The notes under the pieces were generated by a model. The model was given only the letters and a program-made list of their open reading frames with translations, did not search any database and was not told the DNA's origin. The translations under genes and the position numbers were made by a program. This document shows, in pieces, positions 42,925-54,432 of a stretch of DNA of 64,000 nt; position 1 is the first letter of the stretch; each line of letters opens with the position of its first letter. The stretch is from contig OZ024742.1 of NCBI GenBank assembly GCA_964016885.1, forward strand, positions 303,924,001 to 303,988,000. Reading direction: 5' to 3'. The DNA is from Eledone cirrhosa (Eukaryota).

Positions 42925-44147
42925 GTACCTTGTCCTAAGCCTCGCTTGACTGCGCTGGAACGTTTGCTCTTTCGCTTTTTGTGGAAGGGACGCGCTCCGA
43001 TGATCAGGCGGTCCATCTGCTGTCAACACCCGCTACGTGGAGGGCTGGGCAGGCCGTGGCTGATGATGCGCAGACACGCGCTCAGGCTACGACATCTCCA
43101 CCTCTTCCTCGACGGTGATCAGGTGTGGTCGCCGTTTGCTAGACACGTTTTTCCCCAGCTCGTCTCCTTGACGGAGCTGCAGTCCTGAGTCAAGCAAAGA
43201 CCGAGAGGGAGCGCTTGGAGACTGGAATGTCTTCAGGCGCCCACAGCCCTCGACCAATCGGGCAATGTGATCGGTGGAAACTCCACCTCGGCGTTCTATA
43301 GAGGATTAGTGGAGGGGAAGAGCGACGACTTACTTGGAGAAACTCTAGGCGTCGACGAAAATCAACTAGCCAATCTCTTCGGAAGAACTTTCAGGCCGGG
43401 GCCTAGGGACAACTTCCAGAAATCCCTGGCCTGGCAGTGCTACCGAGGAGCTTTGCCAGTTAGGGTAAACTCTACAGGCATGGAGGTGCCGTCAGCCGGG
43501 CATGTCCGAGATGCGCACAGGGCGACGAAACCTTCCTGCACGCACTCGTCCAGTGTACGAGCATTGTTGACTTGTGGGTTTATGTCGAACACCTGCTGTC
43601 GCGTGTAGGACGGATCCAGCTATCAGATGCGTCCATGGTGAGGATTGCCTCGCCCTCTTCCTTTAGTCGGGAAAGGCAGGCAATTTTTATCTGTCTGGTG
43701 GCCATGGCGAAAGAGATAGTATGGTGGACACGTTTGAAAGGGCTGAAGACGAGCACTTGACTCTTCCGTGATGCCCCGATTAACATTTTCAAATTTCATT
43801 TGATAAGGAAAATCAGGGTAGAGTGGGAAGTGCTCTCTTCCAAGCATTTTGTTGAAAGATAGTAGAGAGAGGCAAGAATGGCCCGAGTGAATGGGCCTAC
43901 TCTGAGTATGTGTCTGTAAATTAAAGGTGAAAAACCGGGATAGGGCACTTGCCCTGGTGGTCAGGGTCACTGTGGCTTTTTAATGGGCTTTCTCCCCCCT
44001 ATTGGGGAATTTTTCATTGTTATTTTTTTATTACATCCTATGTTTTTGTATTTTTACACGCAGAAATGCACATCTGTACCGTTCTGTATTGTCCTGTACT
44101 GTCCTTAATGTCTACTTTATGTAAACCCTGTGGTTAATAAAGAAAGC
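42923..44147 (+). mobile_element. Tx1-like LINE, 5'-truncated element D
   Basis: Close to element F from 51020 onward; 3' end ccctgtggttaataaagaaagc followed by (ATT). Confidence 0.9.
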
Positions 44148-44155
44148 ATTATTAT

Positions 44156-44206
44156 TACCAGTAATGCACTGGGATAATTGCTGGCCTTGTGCCTAAAGTA
44201 GAAACA
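44156..44206 (+). mobile_element. S1 SINE 3' fragment inside the (ATT)n array
   Basis: taccagtaatgcactgggataattgctggccttgtgcctaaagtagaaaca with ATT units on both sides. Confidence 0.85.
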
Positions 44207-44249
44207 ATTATTATTATTATTATTATTATTAATATTATTATTATTACAG

Positions 44250-46320
44250 TTGCATTTATCTTGCTTTATGTTCATACGAGTTATCACCAAGTCACAACCA
44301 GTGACCTCAAGAGACAACAAGGTCCGCCATGTTCAAGAAAGAACATACATACTCACACATGCATCTTTAGTGTTTAGACTTGTGATGTACTTATATTGAC
44401 AGAATCTTCCTTAGTATATGGGCAGTTCCCATTAGTACTATCTTTTGTATTTCTCCTATACGCGGGTTTCCTGGGATTTGCGATAAGTAATCATTAGACC
44501 CCTTAGGTATCATTCCCAGAGCGCCTACAACCACTGGTATTGTTTTAGTTCTCAATTTCCACATTTTTCCTATTTCTATCCCCAGGTCCTTATACTTGCT
44601 CAATTTTTCAAATGTTTTTATAGATACATTCTTATCTATTGGAACAGACATATCAATTAGCAGGCATACCCTTTTTAAAGTCCTTCAATATTATATCAGG
44701 TCTATTTGCATCTATTTTTCGGTCTGTTTGGATGCTAAAGTTCCACAAGATTGAGATGTGATCTTTTTAAAGTATGGGAGGTGGTTGATGCTCCCACCAA
44801 TTATTTTGATGGGGCAGGTCAAAATGCTTACACATTATCCAATGTATGTATTGTGCAGTTCTGTCATGCCTGTTTAGGTATTCGGTTTGAGCTATAGGAC
44901 TGCACATTGAAATTATATGGTCAATGGTCTCTGGTTGTTTTTTGCATACACGGCATAATGGGCTGCATCCATTTTTTATTATGTTGGCTTGGTAATTTTT
45001 TGTTGGCAGACACTGATCTTGTGCTGATATAATCAGTCCTTCAGTCTCCGATTTCAGTCCAGAGGATGCCAACCACTGATGGGTTAAAGTTTTGTCAACA
45101 TCAGGATTGTTAGCTCGCTCTGGGTATTTTCCATACAGAGGCTTTTCTTGCCATTTCTTAGCCAGTTTCTGTAGCAGTTCTTTCTTTGCAGTTACTTTTA
45201 CCTGCTTTGCTTTTTCTGTGTTTTCCATTTCAGCAGTAAATGGGACTTCTGAAATTTGTAGTCCATTACTGTATCTTTGTGCATTTTTTGTAATGGAATA
45301 TGATCTTTTGATGCTTTCGTGTTTCAAAACGAGTTTGATCATCCAATCATGTGATTCCCTTAGATATGTAGATAATCCAATTGTTGCAGATTTCAACGCA
45401 ATGTCTAACTGGATTAACCCACGTCCTCCTTCTTTCCTAGGGAGATATATTCTATCTATATCTGCCTTTGGGTGATGCATTCTGTGCATGGATAAGAATT
45501 TTCGAATTTTTGTATCGAGCCTACGGATCTCTGTGCTTGACCAGTTGATGACATTGTAACTGTAGGTTACTACTGGTATGGCAAACGTGTTTATGGCATC
45601 GATCCTATTCCTTGCATTCAATTCCGTTCTTAAGATTGCTCTTACTCTTACTCTTCCTTATCCTTTCCCTCATTGTCGAGTGCTTGATTCCGTCTCCTTC
45701 ACAAACACCTAGATATTTGTAAGTTTTTTCTTGATCAAGTTCTCTTATCACGTTCCCCCGATGAAGATTAATGTCTGAACTCTTCAGCAGCTTTCCTCTC
45801 GTGAACGTTGCTTTGGCGCATTTATCTAGTCCAAACTCCATTTTAATGTCATCACTGAACTGCTCCACAGTGGATAATAGCCCTTGCAATTGTTCATCAT
45901 TTTTTGTAAATAGTTTCAGGTCATCCATGTAGAACAAGTGATTAATGGTTTTGTCATAGACTTTATATCCATGTTTTGTTTCATTGAGCATTTTACTTAA
46001 TGGTATAAGTGCGATGCAGAATAAAAGCAGTGATAAATAGTCACCCTGAAAAATTCCACAATTAATATTAACTTCTCCAGCTTCCAGTGATTTTGTTTCA
46101 CTATTCAAAAGGAGTGTCGTTTTCCATGTCTTCATACTGAATGACGAAAACCTCCTGACAACGGGGGATATTTTGAAAATCTCTAAACATTTTTCAATCC
46201 AACTGTGTGGCAAACTATCGAATGTTTTTTTATAATCTATCCAAGTAATCGATAGATTTTTATGTCTATTATGAAAATCTTCCAATATCATTTTGTTAAC
46301 CAGAAGCTGATCCTTACAGC

Positions 46321-46321
<1 letters not shown>
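44250..46321 (-). mobile_element. R4/Dong-clade element, family D2, 5'-truncated element E (frameshifted)
   Basis: Track ORFs 45605-46291 (WIDYKKTFDS, FQGD, FYMDD), 44767-45621 and 44391-44651; (ATT)n on both sides. Confidence 0.9.

Positions 46322-46390
<69 letters not shown>
46322..46390. repeat. (ATT)n spacer of the array
   Basis: Pure ATT tract between the 5' ends of E and F. Other spacers: 34025-34042, 38809-38847, 41959-41988, 44148-44156, 44207-44246, 52263-52292, 58098-58151, 58626-58696. Confidence 0.95.
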
Positions 46391-46597
46391 GGCGGCCTAC
46401 GTAGTAAATCGTATCATCGTGAGCTCCGCAAAGGTTTGTTATTTCCGTTTGTTAAAAATTGTCATTTATGGAAAATTTTATTGTTAACTGTTTATAAGCG
46501 CACATACATTGTTTTCCGAAAAGGACACCCAAAAAGATTGGGGCCTTGTGCCCAAAATTTAAACTTTTATTATTATCAAAAAATTTCTTTGAAAAAA

Positions 46598-48567
46598 ATG
46601 GCTAATTCACCTCTGCACGAAGCAGCTGAAAGCCTTCCTCACAAATTAACACCTCACACCGACACCACCATTGTAAATGTTACTACGTTTGCCAACACAA
46701 AAAAAAATATAAGCAGTAGCAATATTTTAAATTTGTCTCAGGCAGACATTCATTTCCCGCCATTACCAATGACTGCAGGTGTTAAAGCCTCCACCACCAC
46801 CACCACCACCGCGACAACAGAAACAAAAGAAGAAAAAAATAAATTAACTCGTGATGTCGAAATGAAATCAAGCAAAATGGACTCTTCCCCACCAAAGACG
46901 ACTGACGTCACCACCACCACAACTGAAACTAAAATTAATATTAACACAAATAACGATAGCAACAACAACAACAATGACATTATAAAAACGACCCTCAGTT
47001 TTGCAATAGTAGCAAAACAGTTCGAAGCATTTACGGTAACTCAGGAGGATTTAGAAAATGCCAAACAAATGGTAAAGAAAGATGGGTACTGGGTCATCCC
47101 CCCCCCACCTAATAAAATGGAGCATCGGCGCCTATGCACCGTGTCGTATCGAACGATAAATGTAAAATCGCGCCGAGTGGAACGGGCATCCGAGTCCCAA
47201 ATCCAAAAAGCTTTGGGACATGTGTGGGCAAGAAAAACCCACATCAGACGTGGGCAGAAGTATGGAACCGTGGACGTGTTCTTTGAAACACCAGAGGAGG
47301 CTAGAGAACACTCCATGACCCCATTAAGAAGTGACGACTTCACACTCGTCCCAAGCTATTGTGGCCAGAGACTCGTAAAGATCAGGGTGACCCACGTTCC
47401 ACCGGCCATCGAAATTCCCTGGCTAATAGCGGCCGTCCTCGCCGGCATCGAAGCCAACACAAAAATAATAGCAATAGCAAAAGAAAAGCAGGAGAACTGG
47501 TCCGGATCTGGGATGGAGCTCCTGATCCAAGCGGACCAAAAAAGCATTGAGGAGATCCCAGAGGTAATAGACCTCACTGACGGCAGCCGCCTCACGGTAA
47601 TTGTCGAGGGCAGAAGACCTAGGTGTGTCGTTTGTGGTGAAGGAACCCACCTAAAGGCTTTCTGCCCTCAGGCTAAAAGGTTGAGGCCACCTCTCCTACC
47701 CACCCCAGTGACACAACCATCAACACCACCAGTAGCAGAGATGGCAGTAACAACTGTAGCAGCAACAACAGAAGCAACTATAACAGCAACAACCCCAGCA
47801 ACAGTAGCAAAACCAACACCACCACCACCACCACCAGCAAAACCAACACCACCACCACCCAACGCTTCAGAACTAGCACCAGCGCCTACAACATCCACCA
47901 CGCCACAACCAAAACTAACGCCTGTGGAGGATTTTCCACTCCCCGGCCTATCACAACTGGAGACAGATTGTGACGACGAGGAGTGGGAAACGATATCCGG
48001 AAAAAAAAAGAAACCAAAAAAGAAAAAAATTCTCTTCCTTACCCCTCCAAAAACAAAATACAGAGGGAAACAAATAAACTAAGAAACAAAAAAGTTAGGA
48101 CAGATATGCCACCATCCACACCAGCATCACCAACCCCATCAACCCAAACACCAACACCATCACCATCATCAACTCCAACACCACCATCACCTACACCACA
48201 AAAGTCACCAAAATGCGAAACAGAAACAAACCCACAACAAACGCAAACAAAGCAAAACAACCAAAACGATACACACTACACAGCATTAAATTTGAACAAC
48301 AAGCAATTATTACACTACATCCAACACAACACCAGCATCACAGAAAAAGACTACACAACAACCGCAAAATTCACACCACCTCCACACATACAAATCACTC
48401 GCATCACACAGAAAACGTACATGACACTGAAACAAAAATTCCCCAAAGACATCGGAGACTTCCGACAAGCACTCTCCAGGAGGATTTATAAGGACATCCT
48501 TCCTGAGGAGGCCACAAGCAGTGAAAAGGATGGAAAAACCGTCCTTCCCCTACGAGAAGTAAGGTAA
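46598..48567 (+). CDS. ORF1 protein of element F (CCHC zinc knuckle, low-complexity T/P tracts); one frameshift in the A-runs near 48000-48030
   Basis: ATG at 46598; CVVCGEGTHLKAFC; C-terminal frame 47983-48567 (LKQKFPKDIGDF) is homologous to the ORF1 C-termini of A and G. Confidence 0.8.
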
Positions 48568-48601
48568 GTGGTCTTTCCCATCTTTTCCACTCCTTTTCAA
48601 C

Positions 48602-51600
48602 ATGACCTCACTCAGAATAGGCAGCATAAATGCGCGTGGCTTGGGGTCGTCATGGAAGCAGGGCCACCTGCTCAACGACCTCAGGTCACTAAACATAGAT
48701 GTAGTGGCCATCAGCGAAACCAGAATCTCCGAAGCACAGGCTTTCGCACCGATCTTTGGCGGCTACGATGTGTACGCATCTCCCAGCCGTCCGGGATCGG
48801 GGGGAGGAGTTGCTGTGCTTTTTCGGAGAGGTTTGGATCTTGCCATACGGGCCATCTTCCTGGACCCAGAAGGTAAGTTGGTGGTGCTGGACGTGACCAG
48901 CGGAGACGGGCAAGCTTTCAGGTTAGTGGCCGTCTATGCCCCGACAGGAGCAGGGCGGCCTGATTTCTTCCGGCGTCTGGAGACCTTTCTTGGAACGTCC
49001 CGCTCTTTAGTGTTAGTGGGCGACTGGAACGGGATCTTAGATGCACGCTGGGATTGTGTGGGATTAGTGGATAGGGAAGGAGGGTGCAAGAGTCTCACCA
49101 ACCTGCTCAGACGTTTTGAACTCTCTGACAGGTACCGAATGGATTTCCCGAATGTACCAATGTGGACTTGGACAAATCGCATAGGGTCATCCAGATCATA
49201 TTTAGATAGAGTATTTTGTAGAGAAATAGATAGGTCTAGCATAGGCTGTCCACAATTCAAGATAGTCAGCTACACGGACCACAAATTCGTGATCTGTGTG
49301 CTTGACTTAGATAAGCTTCATAGGCGAGGACCCGGCTACTGGAAGCTAAACGCGTCCTTACCAGCGCGCAAGGCCTACAGGGAACGGATTAGCGAACTAG
49401 TTAAGCGGGCGTTGACGGGGGCCATCGTCAACAACAAGTGGTGGTTTGCTCTGAAAAGAGCAATTAGAATAGTGTCCATTAGGTTTAGTAAGACTTTAGC
49501 AATAGAGAAAAATAGAGCAGAGGGAGAACTAGTTAGAAAATTAGATGAGGCGCTTAGCAAAGGCATCGCGACCGACGTACTTGCGGCGAAATTGGCCCTT
49601 GACCAATTCTTCAATGCAAAGCACGAAGGCTGCGTTGTCAGAGCTAGGGTGCGTGCTCTTAGACACGAGGGGACGAAAGCCGTTCAATGGGCCCGAGTGG
49701 CGGAGGCGCGTCGTGGTAACAAAGCCACGATCCGGTCTTTGGTGGACCACGACGGGCGCATGCTACTCGATCCCGGGAAAATGTGTGAAGCTTTTCAGCG
49801 ACACTTCGCTCAACTGTTCGGGGGCAGTGGCGGGCCGGATCGAGGGATGGACTTTAGTGTCTACCTCGACGGACTGCCGCGGCTTTCGGCCACTGAGGCG
49901 GAGTGTTGCGAAAAGCCGATAACAACCGCTGAAGTACGGGATGCAATGACTAGTTGCACAAGGGGTAAATCGCCTGGTTTGGATGGTCTGCCCTATGAAC
50001 TTTACGTACAAATACCAAACTTGTTCGGAGGCCTCTTGGCGGACGTCTACTGCAACTGGCAACAGAACGGGAGAATTCCCAGCTCTGTGAGCCGAGGAGC
50101 AGTGGCGCTGCTGAAAAAGGATCCGAACAAGGGGGATAACATAGATAATTTTAGGCCCATAACTCTGCTAAACACAGAGTTCAAGATTTTGGCCAAGGTG
50201 CTAGCAAAGAGGTTGGCGCTTGTCGTTGGTGGTCTGGTGAGAGAGGCACAGACATGCGCCATTCCCGACAGATCCATCCACGACAACCTCCACCTCATGC
50301 GATACATCGTAGAGAGGGTAGCTAGGGAACCTGGCACGGATGGGTCTTTAATCAATTTAGATCAGTCGAAAGCCTTCGATAGGGTCGACCATCGTTACCT
50401 AGAAGCAGTCCTGAGGGCGGCTGGCTTTGGGCCCGTCTTCAGAGGCTGGATCGCTGCCATGCACAGCAACATCTGCTCTGTAGTGAGAGTGAACGGTCAC
50501 CTTTCGGAACCGTTCAACATCATGCGCTCGGTCCGCCAAGGATGTCCCCTCTCGTCCCTATTGTACGTATTGACTCTCGAGCCATTACTGCACAAACTGG
50601 AGACGTTGAGGGGGATCCCGCGCGAACTAGGATGCGGAAGATCCGTGTCAGCATATGCCGACGATGTCACCGTAGTGGTGTCGAACGCCAAACACATCGA
50701 GGCGATCGGCACTACACTAAGAGAATACGAAGCGGTGACAGGAGCAATGATCAACCAGGAAAAGTCAGTGGGCCTGCAGCTTGGCACCTGGAGAGGCAGG
50801 TCCATGCCGTCCAACAGCGTCGTCGGGCGCTGGACAGACGGACCGGTTAAATTGCTAGGGGTCTGGTTCGGTGCAGACCTCCAGACGGACAAAAACTGGG
50901 ACGAGGTGACGAGCAGGGTGGCTTCTCTCACCCAGAAATGGGCTGAGAGGAAGCTATCCCTGAAAGGTCGAGTGGAGGTGGTTAACGCGTACATCGCGTC
51001 CGTCATCTACCGGCTGACCGTCGTACCTTGTCCTAAGCCCCGCCTGACTGCGCTGGAGCGTTTGCTCTTTCGCTTCTTGTGGAAGGGACGCGCTCCGATG
51101 GTCAGGCGGTCCATCTGCTGTCAGCACCCGCTACGTGGAGGGCTGGGCAGGCCGTGGCTGATGATGCGCAGACACGCGCTCAGGCTACGACATCTCCACC
51201 TCTTCCTCGACGGTGATCAGGTGTGGTCGCCGTTTGCTAGACACGTTTTTCCCCAGCTCGTCTCCTTCACGGAGCTGCAGTCCTGGGTCAAGCGAAGACT
51301 GAGAGGGAGCGCTTGGAGACTGGAATGTCTTCAGGCGCTCACAGCCCTCGACCAATCGGGCAATGTGATCGGTGGAAACTCCACCTCGGCGTTCTATAGG
51401 GGATTAGTGGAGGGGAAGAGCGACGGCGTACTTGGAGAAACTCTAGGCGTCGACGAAAATCAACTAGCCAATCTCTTCGGAAGGACTTTCGGGCCGGGGG
51501 CTATGGACAACTTCCAGAAATCCCTGGCCTGGCAGTGCTACCGGTGTGCTTTGCCAGTTCGGGATAAACTTTACAGGCATGGAGGTGCCGTCAGCCGGGC

Positions 51601-52018
51601 ATGTCCGAGATGCGCACAGGGCGACGAAACCGTCCTGCACGCACTCGTCCAGTGTCCGAGCATTGCTGACTTATGGGTTTATGTCGAACACCTGTTGTCA
51701 CGTGTAGGACGGATCCAGCTATCAGCTGAGTCCATGGTGAGGATTTCCCCGCCGTGTTCCTTTAGCCGGGAAGGGCAGGCAGTGTTTATCTGTCTGGTGG
51801 CCATGGCGAAAGAGATAGTATGGTGGACACGTTTGAAAGGGCTGAAGACGAGCACTTACCTCTTCGGTGATGCCCTGATTAACTTTTTCAAATTTCATCT
51901 GAAAAGGAAAATCAGGGTAGAGAGGGAAGTGCTCTCTTCCCAGCATTTTGTGGAAAGATGGGTGAGAGAAGCAAGTATGGCCCGAATGAATGGGCCTTCT
52001 CTGAGTATGTGTCTGTAA
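48602..52018 (+). CDS. LINE ORF2: AP-endonuclease, reverse transcriptase and C-terminal Cys/His motif (1138 aa, intact)
   Basis: GSINARG, ISET, VYAP, GDWN, YLDR, TDH (APE); YWKLN; KSPGLDG, NFRPITLLN, DQSKAFDRVDH, VRQGCPLS, AYADD (RT); CPRCAQGDETVLHALVQC. Confidence 0.95.
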   Translation: MTSLRIGSINARGLGSSWKQGHLLNDLRSLNIDVVAISETRISEAQAFAPIFGGYDVYASPSRPGSGGGVAVLFRRGLDLAIRAIFLDPEGKLVVLDVTSGDGQAFRLVAVYAPTGAGRPDFFRRLETFLGTSRSLVLVGDWNGILDARWDCVGLVDREGGCKSLTNLLRRFELSDRYRMDFPNVPMWTWTNRIGSSRSYLDRVFCREIDRSSIGCPQFKIVSYTDHKFVICVLDLDKLHRRGPGYWKLNASLPARKAYRERISELVKRALTGAIVNNKWWFALKRAIRIVSIRFSKTLAIEKNRAEGELVRKLDEALSKGIATDVLAAKLALDQFFNAKHEGCVVRARVRALRHEGTKAVQWARVAEARRGNKATIRSLVDHDGRMLLDPGKMCEAFQRHFAQLFGGSGGPDRGMDFSVYLDGLPRLSATEAECCEKPITTAEVRDAMTSCTRGKSPGLDGLPYELYVQIPNLFGGLLADVYCNWQQNGRIPSSVSRGAVALLKKDPNKGDNIDNFRPITLLNTEFKILAKVLAKRLALVVGGLVREAQTCAIPDRSIHDNLHLMRYIVERVAREPGTDGSLINLDQSKAFDRVDHRYLEAVLRAAGFGPVFRGWIAAMHSNICSVVRVNGHLSEPFNIMRSVRQGCPLSSLLYVLTLEPLLHKLETLRGIPRELGCGRSVSAYADDVTVVVSNAKHIEAIGTTLREYEAVTGAMINQEKSVGLQLGTWRGRSMPSNSVVGRWTDGPVKLLGVWFGADLQTDKNWDEVTSRVASLTQKWAERKLSLKGRVEVVNAYIASVIYRLTVVPCPKPRLTALERLLFRFLWKGRAPMVRRSICCQHPLRGGLGRPWLMMRRHALRLRHLHLFLDGDQVWSPFARHVFPQLVSFTELQSWVKRRLRGSAWRLECLQALTALDQSGNVIGGNSTSAFYRGLVEGKSDGVLGETLGVDENQLANLFGRTFGPGAMDNFQKSLAWQCYRCALPVRDKLYRHGGAVSRACPRCAQGDETVLHALVQCPSIADLWVYVEHLLSRVGRIQLSAESMVRISPPCSFSREGQAVFICLVAMAKEIVWWTRLKGLKTSTYLFGDALINFFKFHLKRKIRVEREVLSSQHFVERWVREASMARMNGPSLSMCL

Positions 52019-52503
52019 ATTAAAGGTGGAAAACTGGGAGAGGGCACTTGCCCTGGTGGTCAGGGCCACTGTGGTCTTTTAATGGGCTTTCTCCACAAAT
52101 GTCCCTCGGAAGTCTCCCCCCTATTGGGGAATTTTTCTTTGTTATTTTATTTCATCCTCTGTTTTTTTTACACGCAGAAATGCCCATTTATACCGTCCTG
52201 TATTGTCCTGTACTGTCCTTAATGTCTACTTTATGTAAACCCTTGTGGTTAATAAAGAAAACATTATTATTATTGTTATTATTATTATTATTGACGAAAG
52301 TGGATGTACGTTTTTTGAAGCTCCGTGAGCAAGCAATTTTTTGAGGATTAATTGTGGAGAATTGTTTATTTTTTTGTACCGCTGAAGCATTATAAGACAT
52401 TCATTTGTATCCTGTGAAGGAATAACTCATAATATTTGGGCCTTTTGGCCCAAATATTTGAACTTTATTTTGGAAAAATAATAATTTTTTTCTCAAAAAA
52501 AAC

Positions 52504-54403
52504 ATGGCGGAGCCACGCCCCCTAGAGGCGGGTCTGCTGTCGTGCAACGGCGACTTGAGCGTTGAGAGGAGAGGTGGGGAGAGGAGCGCCACCAGCACGA
52601 GTGTGAGCAGCGACAGTGCCGGCACCAACGGGCCGAGCGGCGCGGAAGGTGGTAACAGCGACAACACCAACACCAACAAGCCGAACAGCACAGAAGGTGG
52701 TAATAGCGAGAGCACCAACAAAACGAACAGCACAGAGAGTAATAGTAGCGACAGCAGCAGCACCAACAAGGCCAACAGCACAGAAGGTAACCACGACACA
52801 GGGGAGAACAACAACAGCAATAGCAGCAGCAACACCAACAAGAACAACAACAGTGACAACACCAACAAGAACACTTTCGCTGCGGCTAAAAGGAGACCAT
52901 GCTACAGCATCGACTTAACCAACAGAGAGGAAAAGTTGGCCCAGGCCTGGAAAATCATAAATCAAGAGCAGACCTGGGCAAACTTAACTGTCCCGGCAGA
53001 AGCCATTGAGGCAGTGGAAAAAAGAACGGTGCATTTCAGATGCATCTCAGTAGAGACAAAGAGGGCAGCGATAATCGCCCAAGCTGATATAGAAGCCGCA
53101 CTGAAATACATCAGAGAGGACACAGACTTCATAGAGAGGGGCAGGCAATACGGCACCGTTTCGGTGCTGTTCAAGTCTGAAGCCCTCGCTGTGAAGCATT
53201 CAATGACCCCTTGCAAAACCAGCAAGGTCATAATGTACCCCTCCCACATGGGAAAACGAATAGCACGTGTGCGCATTCCCAGGATTCCACCAGGACTTGA
53301 TATGTGGTGGCTCCTGGGTTGCGTAATCGTGGAAGGAACGGATACAGTCCCGGTAGAGGCAACGAGAACTGCCAGGGACGACTGGTCCGGGGTTGATCTG
53401 GAGATACTGCTCCAAATCAGACCCGAAAACGTAAAAGCAATCCCGGACCACATCCGCCTCCAAAACGGGAGGGTGTTGCATATAATGACTGAGGGCAAAA
53501 GGCCGCATTGTTTCCTTTGTGGGGAAACGACACACTTGCGAGCCTTCTGCCCTCAACTGCCGAAAAGCGCAAGGGGTCGAAAGATTCCACTGCTGGCAAC
53601 GCCGGGACAAGGACCACCAGCAACACCGTCAACAATGGAACCACCAAAATTGCACACCCAGGGGGGAAACGAGGAAAGCTCTCCCATTCCCCCCCAAAAA
53701 AATACACACACGAACAAGAACATAAACACTCACTCAGACACAAACACGCTCACAGCCACAGACCCCTCATCCTCCAGCAGTGAAGATGAGGGAAAACCAA
53801 AGTCCCCCAAAATACAAAAAACAAAACACAAAAAAAAAAAGAAATCCACAAAGCAAAAACACCCCCACAAAAAAAAATACACACATCAACCACACAAACA
53901 TTTTCCCCACAGCATCACCAACACAACCACCAAAATCCCCGAAACGCAAACAAGCTAAACAGACACAAGAACAAATAGACACACAAACATCAGAAACTAC
54001 AGACACCCCACCCACAACAAACGCAGACACAATAGAAACAACACTAACAAAGCTATCACCACCACAATCACACGAACAAATAAAACCCGAGCAACAAAAC
54101 ATTAAAAACTTCGTGCTTGCCAGAAGGGCCAACAAGGAATTGATGGCCCATGTAGCACGAAGCACAAACATCGAAAAAGAGGGGGAAACATTTGAAGCGA
54201 GCACATTTCGCGTACCAGATAATTTGCTTCTGATGCGAATGTCGCTCGCTTCATACAAAGAAATTCGAAAGAGCTTTCCTCGGGATGTGGGAACCCCGAA
54301 CGTAAAACCCACTTCAAGACTATTAAAGGGGTTCCCAAAAGAAACCCCACAAACCATGGAGGTCGAACCACCCGACCTTCACAAGACCCCGGAAGGTAAG
54401 TAA
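52504..54403 (+). CDS. ORF1 protein of element G; one frameshift in the A-rich tract ~53820-53950
   Basis: S/N/T-rich N-terminus; CFLCGETTHLRAFC knuckle; C-terminal frame 53780-54403 (YKEIRKSFPRDVG). Confidence 0.8.
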
Positions 54404-54432
54404 ACCATTCCTCTCCCATTCATCCTGCGAGC

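Larger units (their letters stand above)
46391..52262 (+). mobile_element. Full-length Tx1/L1-clade LINE, ATT-associated, element F
   Basis: 5' UTR, ORF1, intact ORF2 and 3' UTR ending cccttgtggttaataaagaaaac; (ATT)n on both sides. Confidence 0.95.

Noticed and set aside
42129-43188. Chimeric ORFs 42129-43016 (-) and 42832-43188 (+) as novel fusion proteins
   Set aside because: Each fuses a real frame to an antisense frame across the C/D junction.
46262-46597. N-terminal extension of the 606-aa ORF with poly-Ile
   Set aside because: Read-through of element E antisense, the ATT spacer and the 5' UTR; ORF1 plausibly starts at ATG 46598.
47990-48030. Programmed ribosomal frameshift in ORF1
   Set aside because: Position and direction differ among A, F and G; homopolymer slippage or sequencing error is simpler.
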